From NCBI GenBank assembly GCA_010093995.1, contig ML992501.1:516227-580226 (forward strand): a stretch of DNA of 64,000 nt, given 5' to 3'. A program made the translations under genes and the position numbers. Positions within the stretch are counted from its first letter, which is position 1, and every line of letters starts with the position of its first letter. Of the stretch, positions 46,430 to 57,358 are shown one piece after another. Origin of the DNA: Elsinoe ampelina (Eukaryota). The notes beneath the pieces were generated by a model. That model was not told the origin of the DNA. It saw nothing but the letters and a program-made list of their open reading frames with translations, and did not search any database.

Positions 46430-49400
46430 ATGGAGTTCATACGATCATGCTCCAGTAATACTATCCTCTTTCATAACGTAAGATTGCCCATCCCTACGTA
46501 GATTGCGCCATTGACAGTGTCCTAGGAATCCTCACTCGAGATCAAGTATGATTGCTACGATCTTCTGCCCACTTCCAAGTCTGGCGAGCAGCCGACACAT
46601 GTGAATGGGACGCTTCGAGTTCTCCGGACTCTGGGGCAGCTTGCTGCTGTCGACCATGACATCCCGACTCGACTTTGGATCTTCCACACCAAAGGACGCG
46701 AGGACGAGGCTCCTGAATTGGTTGGCCTTAGACATGGTTCGACTGGTATTGTCAACGCGCCCGACCTGCTTGATGTCGTTCGGCAGAACAGTTCGAATCC
46801 GCCAAAACCATCAGCGTCACTGTTTCTTGAGGCATTTTCAGCTTACACAACTCAAGTATTGAAGTCAATCGGTACGGTGCACCACCTCGGTCCTACAAGC
46901 TGGCTTCTCACTCCGTTGCATGACGATTTCATGGAGAATGGCGGTTCGAGCGTCTTGTCTCGCCGGAGTCTTGCATTCTCCATAACGTTCCGAGCCACCT
47001 CTGCCGCCTCGACGGCGGTCTGCATTGGAGATGCGCATGATTCAAACTACCAGCCGCTTATTCAAGGTAGCAGACCCGTCGAACATGGTCAACCAGTGGT
47101 GATGGCACCCACCGGAATAATCGGTGTTGCAAGCGGAATCGCTCGCCAACCTCGCGATGTCAAGCTTGCTGATGAGGCATGGCTTTGGCTGACGAACAAA
47201 TATCATTTCCTTCGTCAAATTGACAAGGCTGGTTCGAACCAAGCCTGGATCACAGTCCGACTTCGTTGGGCAATCTTCAAGGATAGCTCAGCCGAGGAGT
47301 TCGGATTACAAACACCACTTCTGATCACATGGCCAGCATGTCTCTGCTTTGTAAGTCCTGAAGAAGACTCCGATACCGTTCGGCTGCCATCATTTCTGGA
47401 CGGAGACGATCTCGCAGGCATTCTGGATCCGATCAAAGAGGCCGAAAGATGGTTTCTGGGCTCTGCCGATAGAGAACAAGCCCTCAAGACCGCCGAAATT
47501 TCCTCGACCGGTCCATCAACAGAGCCCCAACTGGATGGATTTGATGACGACCTGGATCTGTCAACTTCACCTGTATACAATCGAAATTTGGACATAGTTG
47601 CTTCGAATGGCGTATATCCCACCCCACCTGATGGCATTCTACCTGCGCACAACCCAACAACAACATCGTCGACACATGTGATTGATATGCCTACAGAAGA
47701 AGGTCCGCTCAGGTCGCTGTCCTCGGACCATGTTAGTCGGAAATCGAGCATCGATATGAATGTCGAAGGGCTCGATGATAACGACGACAATCTCTTTGGC
47801 GATATTGACGAAGATATGTTTGGAAATGCAGAAATCGACGTCACGGATGCTGATTTCAACTTCTTCGATGTGGGTGCTGCTAGAGGTCTTTCTAGACAAA
47901 TCAGTCCCGACAAAGCTCTTCCGACTACCAGAATTCATGATCATGAACTTGATATGCAGCATCAATACTCAGCACAGCAATTGGCTGATCTGATGGACGT
48001 TTCTCAAGAGCCTCTGAGCTTGCCATACGATGATGCAGCACCACGTCTCTCAAACGTACCAATACCAGAGATCATCACAACCGAAGGCAATGAACCACTC
48101 GCAGATGTCTCGGATCACGACATGATACCAACAGGGACTGCGACGCCCCCGTTGAGCCCAGTGTTGGTGAAGAACCAACTGTTTCCCACAGCAGGAACGT
48201 CGCAGTACGACAACGAGGGTCCGGCGACCAGTCAGACAGCTCTCAGCCGCACCTTTGCCCCCGTATCCTTCCAATCCCAATTGGCCAATACTTCTGCAAA
48301 ATACAAGGATGGCGGTAGATACGCCAACATCTTTTCCTCGCAGTCTCGTGAGCTCGTGCCAGTCACTTCGAAGCGCAACATCTCGCTTCGCGAATATCTG
48401 GAAAAGCCCAACGAGCATCTGGAAGCAAGGCCGAAGTATACGGTCACCAGCATTGGCTTACGAGCGCTTTCCATCGATGACACGGACGAAAGTGACACAG
48501 ATTCGGTGCTCAGTGCAGATGCTCGCATACAGCCAGCTTCGAAACGGATTGCAGTGGCTGCTGAGGAATCTGACTTGAACGATCGCAAGGTTGCGGTGCA
48601 GAACAAGCAACTCATACCGTCCAACGGACCAGCATTATCTGTCGAGGTTTTGGAAAGAGATCTAGCAAGATGTGACCGGGCCTTCATGACAAAGCCTACG
48701 CATTTGCATACTTTTGGCTTGCTCGCAAGATGGAAAGGAGCCCTAAGTAGTATGCGAATCGAAAGCGACGAGAACTTCTGGGAGGTCTTCGACTTTGAAG
48801 GTCCAGACTTCATTAGCGTCGCACAACTTGTGGCAGAAGCAAGTATAAACGACTGGAACGCCGCTTTTCACCAGCCCCGAAGCGAAGACGCGAGCTCGGC
48901 TGTGACGTTCATCAGGGATCGTTGGCTGCTGTCAGCAACGACTTTGACAACCACCAAGACACTTTCGTTACAGAATCTCGCAACCATGAGCGTTAACGCG
49001 ATCATAGCAAGTGCTGAGCAGGCTGCAAAGAATGGACCAAGACCAACAGCGAGGAGAATGGCAAATCCTACAGGAGGAAGTGGCTACGGTCAACAATTAT
49101 TCCCACTTAGTGCGCCTTTTGTTCGCTTCAGGAGAGCTGATTCATCGTGGGATCTTCTATCCTCGGCGATCAACTTCTGGGAAGCTCTTGGACTTGAACC
49201 CACTCATGGGCCTAAGAACGTCTCCGCTGAGATCATCACCATTGGCAACGATGACTTGAGAGACATCAGTCTCCAATTTGTTCAAGACGTGCAATACTTC
49301 TACGAAAGCTGCAAATTCGGCAACCATTCCATAGGTTACAGGATGCACCGCAGAATACGAAATCCACCGGACTCGCCAGGATCAACACTGTCCCACACTA

Positions 49401-50749
49401 ATCTCGTTCTCTCAACTATGAGGGATGCTTGCATCGACCTGGCCAAGAAGCTGAACCACAGATCACGTCAAGACGGGCGTAAGCCGGTCATCGTCTACCT
49501 GGTCAGCCCTTTCAAGGATCCTGACATGATCAAGTTTGTGTGTGCTTGCTTCCAGTCTTGTTTCCGGGAGCTGGGCTCGGGCGCCGAGGAAGCCACGCTA
49601 CAGCTCATCTCTTATGATACTGTCGCTCAATCAGGCGGGGCCATCATACCACGGACACGGCAATTGATCCGACTCTGCATGTCGATCTATGACAAAATCA
49701 GGCCGCAAAAGTCTGAAGCATCACAGACGCCGTGGAAGCTGTTCTGCGCCCCAAGCACATGCTTGGTCAGTCCACTGCCACGCAAGATCAACTTTACCCT
49801 CAATGAGACACCGCCTATCAATCTCATGCAAGAGGCGCAGGTCCTACATTTGGCGTACGCAGTCAGTGCTGATGCCAGATGGGTCAGCGTTGCTTGGACA
49901 GACTACACAGGCAACTACCAGGCACAAAGGTCTTACTGCTTGTATCGAGCAGATCGGGAAGCTGTATTCAATGCAGTCAAAGACAACACCGCGTCTTTGA
50001 TCTCAGCGACAGCTACGTGGCGGGTGATTATCGCATGCGTTGGCCACTCGACCAAGCAGGAACGTCAGATCTTTGCCTCTCTCAACGCACCCACCGTAGC
50101 TCTGGCAATGGTAGACGTCTGTCTATCACCCATTGTCCAGATCTTCCCTCAACCTTCCGAGTCAGACCCTACACCGGCCATGCCCACAACCCCGGCTTTA
50201 GCACAAGGCGCATCATCCCTCACGCCCGCCTCAACCCCTCAAGCCGCCTCCACCGTCTCCCCAGACCCTCACCACCCACCCACCCCCTCCTCAACAGACC
50301 CTACCTCCCACCTTCTCCTCCAACCCACCGACTCCACCACTCCCGACCCTGATGCCCAACTCGTCGACACCCGCGACGAATCCTTCGCCCTCGTCCTCCC
50401 CTTCAGCACCACGCAATCCCCCTCGGGCTTCGCCACCCTCGGTCCACAAAAGAAAGTCCTCGCCTCCGGCCAATTGCTCAAGCGAGGGGACGCGATCCCC
50501 AACCAACCACTACCCAGTCTAGGCGTGGACGTCATGGAAGTGTTGCCCCCGAAGATGGCGCAGGGCCAGCAGAGTTGGATGATGCCCAGGGCGCCAGAGT
50601 ATGTGTTGCGGGAAGTGTTGGCTTGGTATAGGGGGCTGGGGTTGTTGGGGAAAATTAGAGGGATCAAGGGGTGTGAGATGGGGGAGAGGCCGTGGCATAT
50701 TGGGGTTGTGGTGGCTGGTGGGGAGGGGTTGGTGGGGTTTTTTGATTAG
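46430..50749 (+). CDS. MED13: Mediator kinase-module subunit 13 (exons 46430-46477, 46526-50749)
   Basis: MEFIRSCSSN start exon in frame with the long ORF; WPACLCF, YPTPPD, DVTDADFNFFD, FWEALGLEP..GPKNV and LHLAYAVSADARWVSVAWTD. Confidence 0.88.
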
Positions 50750-50928
50750 TGGGTTCCGATTTGGCGAGTGTGTGGAGAGAATGGAGGGTGGTATTTCAAG
50801 GAGTGGTACCAAGTATGCAGAACCGTTGTCATTATCATTACCCTCCTATCTATTCAAACCTCGGCACTCCCATGAGTACCATGTCATATCGTGCTCGTCT
50901 CACCCTGTACCCTTCCCTCTCTGGACCA

Positions 50929-52514
50929 CTAGTACACGCTCTCCCTCACCCCCCTCTCCTCCTCCTCTGTCTTGCTCTCTCCCGCCCCTAACTCTCCACC
51001 CTCATCCTCGTCCTCGTCTTCCTCATCCTCCTCCTCCGGATCCCCCAACGCTTCCGCCCTCCTCCCTAGTCCCATCCCGCTCTCCCTCATCCACCCCTCC
51101 ACGTCCTCCGTCGTAGTCTGCCTCGTCGGTCTCCTCTTCCTGCCTTCCTTCTCGCCACCTGCAACAGCTCTGTCCTGATCGGCCTCTATCCGTACTGATC
51201 TCGTGGACCGAGCTGAGAGTGCAGATTGCGGGTCCGGCCTCGTGCCGGTCCTTGGGCTGAACGCGCTCGATGTGGCGGCGTCTGCTTCGAGGTCCGGGTC
51301 GGCGGGGCTCTCGTCGCCGCTGAGTTCTCCTATGGGCGTGGGGAGGCCGGAGAGGGAGCCGCCCCCGTCGCGGCCGCGGATGAGGTCGTGTTGGGAGGGG
51401 CGGAGGGGGAGGGAGATGTTGGTTGGTTTGGAGGGGCGGGAGAGAGGGGTGGGGGCTGGACGAAGGTTGACTGCCGAGGTTGATGGGGAGGGATCTAGGG
51501 AGCGGTGGTAGGAGGCGGAGTTGTGGTCGCTTTTTGGTTTGGCGGCTGGGTCGTTGGGGGATTCGGTATTTGGGGTTGCTGAAGGGAGGTCGGACGTGGT
51601 GGTGGTGGGGAGTCCACCGTTGAGGATCTGTGTGCGGCGAGGGTATAGTGAGTGGTCGTGATTACAGCCGTTGACGCAGCCGCCCCATATCCGACGGGGA
51701 ACGGATGGAGATGAGGCGGATTCTGATTGTTGGGTGCTGTGACTTTGTCGACGATCCTTGGTTGTGAGGGTTGCTCGACGTTTGAGTTCTGACCATGTAC
51801 GCATCTTGGTTTCGAGGCTGTATTTGTCGCTTTCGTTGCGCTTCATGACGACAAACTCGCAGTGGTTGACGTTACGGAGATCTTCGAAGTACTCCACGGT
51901 CCAATGGTACCACTTCATTAGGAAGACTCGTGTCATAAGACCATGAGTGACCAGGATGCAGACGCTTGGGAACTCATCCGACCCGAATTCCCGCCAGAGA
52001 CTCTCGTTGAAGCCGGCACATCGATCGTAAGCGTCAGCAGCGCTCTCTCCTCGCTCGATACGGTAGAAGAAACTACCGTAGTCTGCACGCTCCTGCCACA
52101 TTCTGTCCATCTCTGCACTGCAAGGCTGAAAGTTGCCAAAGTCCTGCTCCCGAATACGGGCGTCTTCTGTGATCTTGATAGCGCTCCGACTGAATGGGCT
52201 GGGGCCAGACTCTGACGTTGACTCTGTGAGTGATCCTACCAGCCCTTCAGTAGTCTCACGAGTTCGCCGGTAGGGCGATGTGAAGATACGGATCGTGTCA
52301 TCCGGCCGAAGCATTTCTCGTAATCGATAACCAGCCTCATGAGCCTGTTTTCGACCCTCTGCTGTCAACTTCACTCGATGATCAGGTATGATCTGGTGGA
52401 CATCGCGATTAAGGTTTCCTTCTGATTGGGCATGCCTGATCAAGATGATCATCTGGTAGGAATTAGTAGGAACTCATATCAGAAATCTGAGCTACTGACG
52501 CGAGGCTTCCCCAT
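50929..52514 (-). CDS. Histidine phosphatase / phosphoglycerate mutase-family protein (DET1-like); 2 exons
   Basis: MGKPR|MIILIRHAQSEGN, SPYRRTRET, IREQDFGNFQ, GESAADAYDR and LVTHGL. Confidence 0.9.
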
Positions 52515-52801
52515 GGCTCGGGAGTCGATGAAGGGACAAGCTGTTGAGCTTTACGCAAGATTACCAACCACGCATATATATGCTCTCGTCCAGGCGGAGT
52601 GGCGCGGCATGCATGCGCAGGTGACACCTCCGAGGCGGCAGAATCTCCCCGCACTCACCGCCTTTACTTTGTGCTTGCCTTTCTTGCTCACGACTTCACT
52701 CGACATCTTCTGGGCAGTCATTGAGCAAACAGTCACGATCAGCTCAATTGTCTCGCCCACAAAACCAAATACGCTCATCCAGTCAAACTTGTTCATATAA
52801 C

Positions 52802-53380
52802 ATGGCAGACTTCGTGACGACGGCCGAAGACAAGAACCATCGCCCCACCAAAAGACGTGCTCTATCACCCACCTCAAAACAAGCCGCCAATGTCGAAGCA
52901 CTATTTGCTAACCCTTCCGTGGCCCTGAAAGACACATCAGCAAAGTCTCGCGAACTTGCGCCACCACCAGAGATTGTCACGAACGTCCAGGGATCAAGCG
53001 CCGGTGCAGGATCTGGAGAATTCCATGTCTACAAAGCCAGTCGAAGACGAGAGTATGAGCGACTACGGGTCATGGACGAAGAGAGTAAGAAGGAGAAAGA
53101 GGACGAAAAGTATGAGAAGGAGCGAGAGGAGAGGCTGAGGAGGGATCTCGAGAAGACGAGTAAGAACAAGAAACGTAGAGACAAGGCGAAGCAGAGGAAA
53201 GATAAGAAGGACCAGCATGACGGGGATGGAGATGCAAAGATGAAGGCCAGCGGTGCTCCTGCAAAGGCAAAACTGCAAGCGAATATCGCGGGGACAAATG
53301 GATCAGCAAGGGATATAGACGGGGAAGAAGAGATGGTGGGCGTGGAACAGCAAGGCATTGTGATCAACGACGATGACTAA
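52802..53380 (+). CDS. PRKR-interacting protein 1 homolog (DUF1168)
   Basis: PPPEIVTNVQGSSAGAGSGEFHVYKASRRREYER followed by a charged coiled coil. Confidence 0.9.
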   Translation: MADFVTTAEDKNHRPTKRRALSPTSKQAANVEALFANPSVALKDTSAKSRELAPPPEIVTNVQGSSAGAGSGEFHVYKASRRREYERLRVMDEESKKEKEDEKYEKEREERLRRDLEKTSKNKKRRDKAKQRKDKKDQHDGDGDAKMKASGAPAKAKLQANIAGTNGSARDIDGEEEMVGVEQQGIVINDDD

Positions 53381-53560
53381 CGACATGATACCCACGATCG
53401 AATCAATGCAGTAGGTGTTCTCAACTGTCTCCTTGTCCCTTACTTGTGCTTGATATCTGGGAATAGACAAAACAACCAGACCTTTAATTCCCAACGCAAG
53501 TGATCCTCACGCATCCATCCTCAGCTCCAGCCCCTGACCAAAAAGCCCACCTCAACACTC

Positions 53561-53600
53561 GGGAAATCACCAAAAAACATGAGAAATCACCAAAAAATAT
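53561..53600. repeat. 20-bp imperfect tandem duplication
   Basis: gggaaatcaccaaaaaacat / gagaaatcaccaaaaaatat. Confidence 0.8.
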
Positions 53601-54650
53601 CTCACTGTGGTAACCACGATGACTTACACAGTCCGCTCTGCGAACTGCCCGTAGTGCCCGGGGCATAGTGGCATATCACCGAAGCGATAGCATATGGATG
53701 CACTGTGGTTCGAACCAGTGCTGGAAGCTGCGACCACTTTATAGTTCCAGGAGAAGCACGACCGTTCGCTTCTCTAGCGGCCAGATATCTAAATACAGCG
53801 CTAGGTTGTCGCGGTGTGGGCACCGCGCTAGTCTGATTTTGATTGTGGGCGGCCACACCGGAGAGGGGGGTTATAAGGTCGATGTAGCCATGGATTGGGG
53901 AGGGGAGGGATTGTTTATATATCCTTACTCAGTAAATGGGGACTTGGCTAGTCGTTACGAGCTGTGCTTCGTGGCGCTGCTGTGGGCGTGAATTTGGAAT
54001 GCAACTATCATCTGGGAGGCTGCAGTGACCATTGAAGAGATATTATGCGGAATCACTACAGGCTGCTGATCTTTCTCAAGGGAGGGGCACTGGACTTCTA
54101 GCTCATTGAAGGCGGAACCCTACGCAATGCCCGAGTAGACTCGACGAGCACGATCACGACCACATATTAGTAATTGCAATCCCAAGTAAGGGGAGAGTAT
54201 TCTTCTTCATTCTCACCTTGTCGCATCGTCATACTTCCTGCGCGGATCGGTCCCAACTTCGGGAGATATCACGACCATGAACGAGAGTCGCCACAAAAGC
54301 AGAGCTAAGTCCTGATGAAACTGTAGGAGAACTCGCCGAATACTACCACAGCATCAAAGCGAGCTCTCGTACATCTCGGCTCTGCTGTCTTCACAAATGA
54401 CACTTCTGTCCAGGTCTCCGTCGAACTCTTGTCCATGCAGAAAAGCGCGACCGGTTGTTCAAGCACTCGATTGAGACACTGTACAAGCTACACGAAATAA
54501 TACATATCCATTACAATCATTCACAATCATGCCTCATACCTATTCATACCTTGTCATGCCCGTCTACGTCGATATGAATGCTCACAAACCCTGGGTTGGA
54601 AAAGAGTGAAGCCGGACCCGTACCAGCAGAACAGGAAGTCTCGACCCTCG

Positions 54651-57358
54651 TTACCTCCAAGACCTCCCGAAACGCCAATTCCCAATCCTGAAGCCCTTGA
54701 CAGTGCTGTTGTCGCTGTAATGGCTCCTCAACTCCTCCAACTTCCTGCTCTCCCTGGGCTCCATCCTCCTGACGCCCTTATTGCCCATTTCCCTCTGCAC
54801 CGCAACCTCGCTCTCATCAGCACTTCCTCCACCCTCCCCCACGCTCCCTTCGACACTTTCCCCCGACGTCACCGCCACCGCCACACCGTCTCCACCTTCC
54901 ATCCCGATCCCCACGCCAACCTCATCCCTCTCCTCTCCCTCTCCCTCTCCCCGCCTCCTCACCTTCTCCTCGTCCCTTCTCCTCTTCTCCTCCTCCCGCT
55001 CCGGCCTCCTCAACTCCCACAACCGATCCACGATAGCCTGCGGGACACCTCTCTCCTTCACCGGCTTGTGTCCCATCCCTTCCGCGGCCCGGACCGCCAC
55101 CTTCCCGATCCCCAGCCCCGTCCCCTTCCTCCGCCCCTTCACCCCTTGCCCTTCCTTCCCCTCTTCCCCACCCTTTCCTTCTGGTAACCTCCACCTCCGT
55201 CCCCTGCAGCACAACCTCCTCGTCTCCCCTTGTCTGGAGAGTGTTTCCTCCACTACACCCCTCACTTCCTGCATGGAAGGGCGCAGGGAGGGGTTGGGCG
55301 CTAGCATCTGCTTTACTAACGGGAGGAGCTCGACGAGGGATGAGTGCAAGGGTGTTACCTGCTGGGAGGAGATGGAGAGGAGGTGAGATGTCCATGCGTG
55401 GAGCTTGACGGGGTCGGAGTGGAAGTGCGTCTTCTGATTCTTGGGCGGGAGGCAGAAGCGAGAGGTGTGGGGGGAGCTGAAGGTTGGGGATGTGGGAGAG
55501 GTAGGCAGGGGAGAAGCGTAGGATGAGATGACCGAGGAGGCGGAGGAGAAGACGCCCGGTGAGCTTTGAGTGACGGGGGTGGAGGCGCCGGAGCGGATGA
55601 GTGATGGGGTGTAGGAGGTGTGGCTTGGGATGGTGGTGGATTTGGAGCGGCGGAACTTTTGGAGGGTCGTGGTTTTGCCGAGGACGAGGAAGGTGAGGAT
55701 GTCGAGGTAGATGCAGCCCAGGGAGAAGACGTCGGCGGCTTGAGGGGTGTATTGGGGTGGAGAGGTGGCGGTGGTTGTTTGGGGGGTGAGGTCGGAGAAG
55801 GTGTTTGAGAAGGTTTGGGAGAGGGGCGACATGGGTGGTGTGTGGATGGAGGGTGACGTAGGGCGGGTGGAGGCTGCTGAGGGGATGGGTGTGATGGTCG
55901 GGAAGAGTGAGAGCGATGGTCTGGTCGATAGGCTCCGTGTGGCAGATGCAGGTGTGGCAGTGAGGCTGCTTGGAGTCACCGTCGAGAGAGGAGATGTTGC
56001 TTTGACAGGAGCGGGGTCGCTCTCGTGTGCCGAGTCCTTGCGAGGGGGAGTGGTCAGGTGACGAGAGAAGTTTCGCGCCGACACCGGGGAGGCAGTGATG
56101 GGCGACGTTGTTGGGACAGTGCTGACAGAATTGTGTCTCGTGCTGGTAGGAGAGATTTCCTTCTTCGGCGTTAAGGTGCCAGTGACGATCTTCCAAGTCG
56201 AGTTCGTCTCGTGTTGGGCGAAGGGATTGTAGATGCTCGTTTTTGGTGATGACTCCTGAAGCAGCTCGGGCGCCGTGTAATCGCGCAGTTCCTGCTTGCT
56301 GACCCGCTTGTCTTTCTTGAACGTCTTCAGATGTCCAATGTCTGAGAACGCCACACAATTGACCGAGTCAACAAGGATGTTGGAGGGTCTGATCGCTCCA
56401 TGGTATGTGTCGCACTTGTGTAGGTAGGCGACCACATCAGCCAAGCAATGCATCCACTCCAATAGAAGACATGGCCTGTCATCTGGATTGAGCTCCATGT
56501 ACTGTGGAGGCGTGCGATGATCCATGAACGTCTTGAGGGTATGCTCTCCAATGTAGGTCGACAAGGTGAAGCCGGAGTTCTCGTTAGTGTATGAGGCCCA
56601 GACGTCGCACAGATGATAGTGCTGATGCTTCTTCATGACCTTGACATCTTCGAGATACTCAATCTCTGCTACCCTTCTCTCGTCCTCGTTGTCACCGAAG
56701 TTGAACTGTCTTCGAACAAATTGAGATCGCCATTCGTCAGGGAAGTGTATGCGATGCCAGTCCTTGATGTCGACGGCAGGGGGGATGGTACCAACGTATT
56801 CCATGGGAATGTATTCGTTCGGACCATATTCGACGTGGTAGTCCTCCTCAAGCTGACGAAGCAGGTAGGTGTATTGCGCCTCATAGAATCGTCGGTTGAG
56901 GATGTGGTCAGGATCAATGTTCAGATCCAGGCGTTCGATGTCCTTCCACGGAACTGGTAGGTCCGAGTCATCCCAGCCATCATCGACGAGACTGAAGATT
57001 CTCTCAGCACATCTGATCTCTACCAGAGTGAGGAACAGCCGAGGTGCTTTGAAGAGGATCCAGTCCAGGTAAGTATCGTTCGTTAGAGTGTGATAGATGA
57101 TCTTTCGGTCGAGGAACTGGCGCTCGTGTCCACGTATATGACCGACCACGAAGCGTCGATTGACGGTGTCGTCGATGCGTTCGGCTGTCCACCAAAGCCG
57201 CTTGACAGTGTAGTGTGGAGTGAGAAGGCCGGCCTCTGCAAAGCCATACATGCCGGCATTGAGTGCCCTGAGATCGTCAGTGACAGCTCTGAAGAGCAGC
57301 ATGCTACCCACATCAGGTCGGCAGTCGGAGCTGCTTGAAGAAAGTGTCTGGTGCCCAT
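54651..57358 (-). CDS. Protein kinase-fold protein, probable pseudokinase (exons 57358-57312, 57267-54651)
   Basis: CLADVVAYLH, HGAIRPSNILVD, FSDIG, YTAPE, ADVFSLGCIYLDI and QMLAPNPSLRPS. An upstream exon MGTRHFLQAAPTADL joins via a 44-nt GTGGGT..CTGAC..CAG intron. Confidence 0.8.

Noticed and set aside
30617..50749. Two Mediator subunits (MED7, MED13) within 20 kb
   Set aside because: Separated by seven unrelated genes; compatible with chance.
53602..53890. Small minus-strand ORF downstream of a TATATAAA
   Set aside because: No in-frame ATG (the nearest ATG opens a 6-codon frame) and no recognisable homology.
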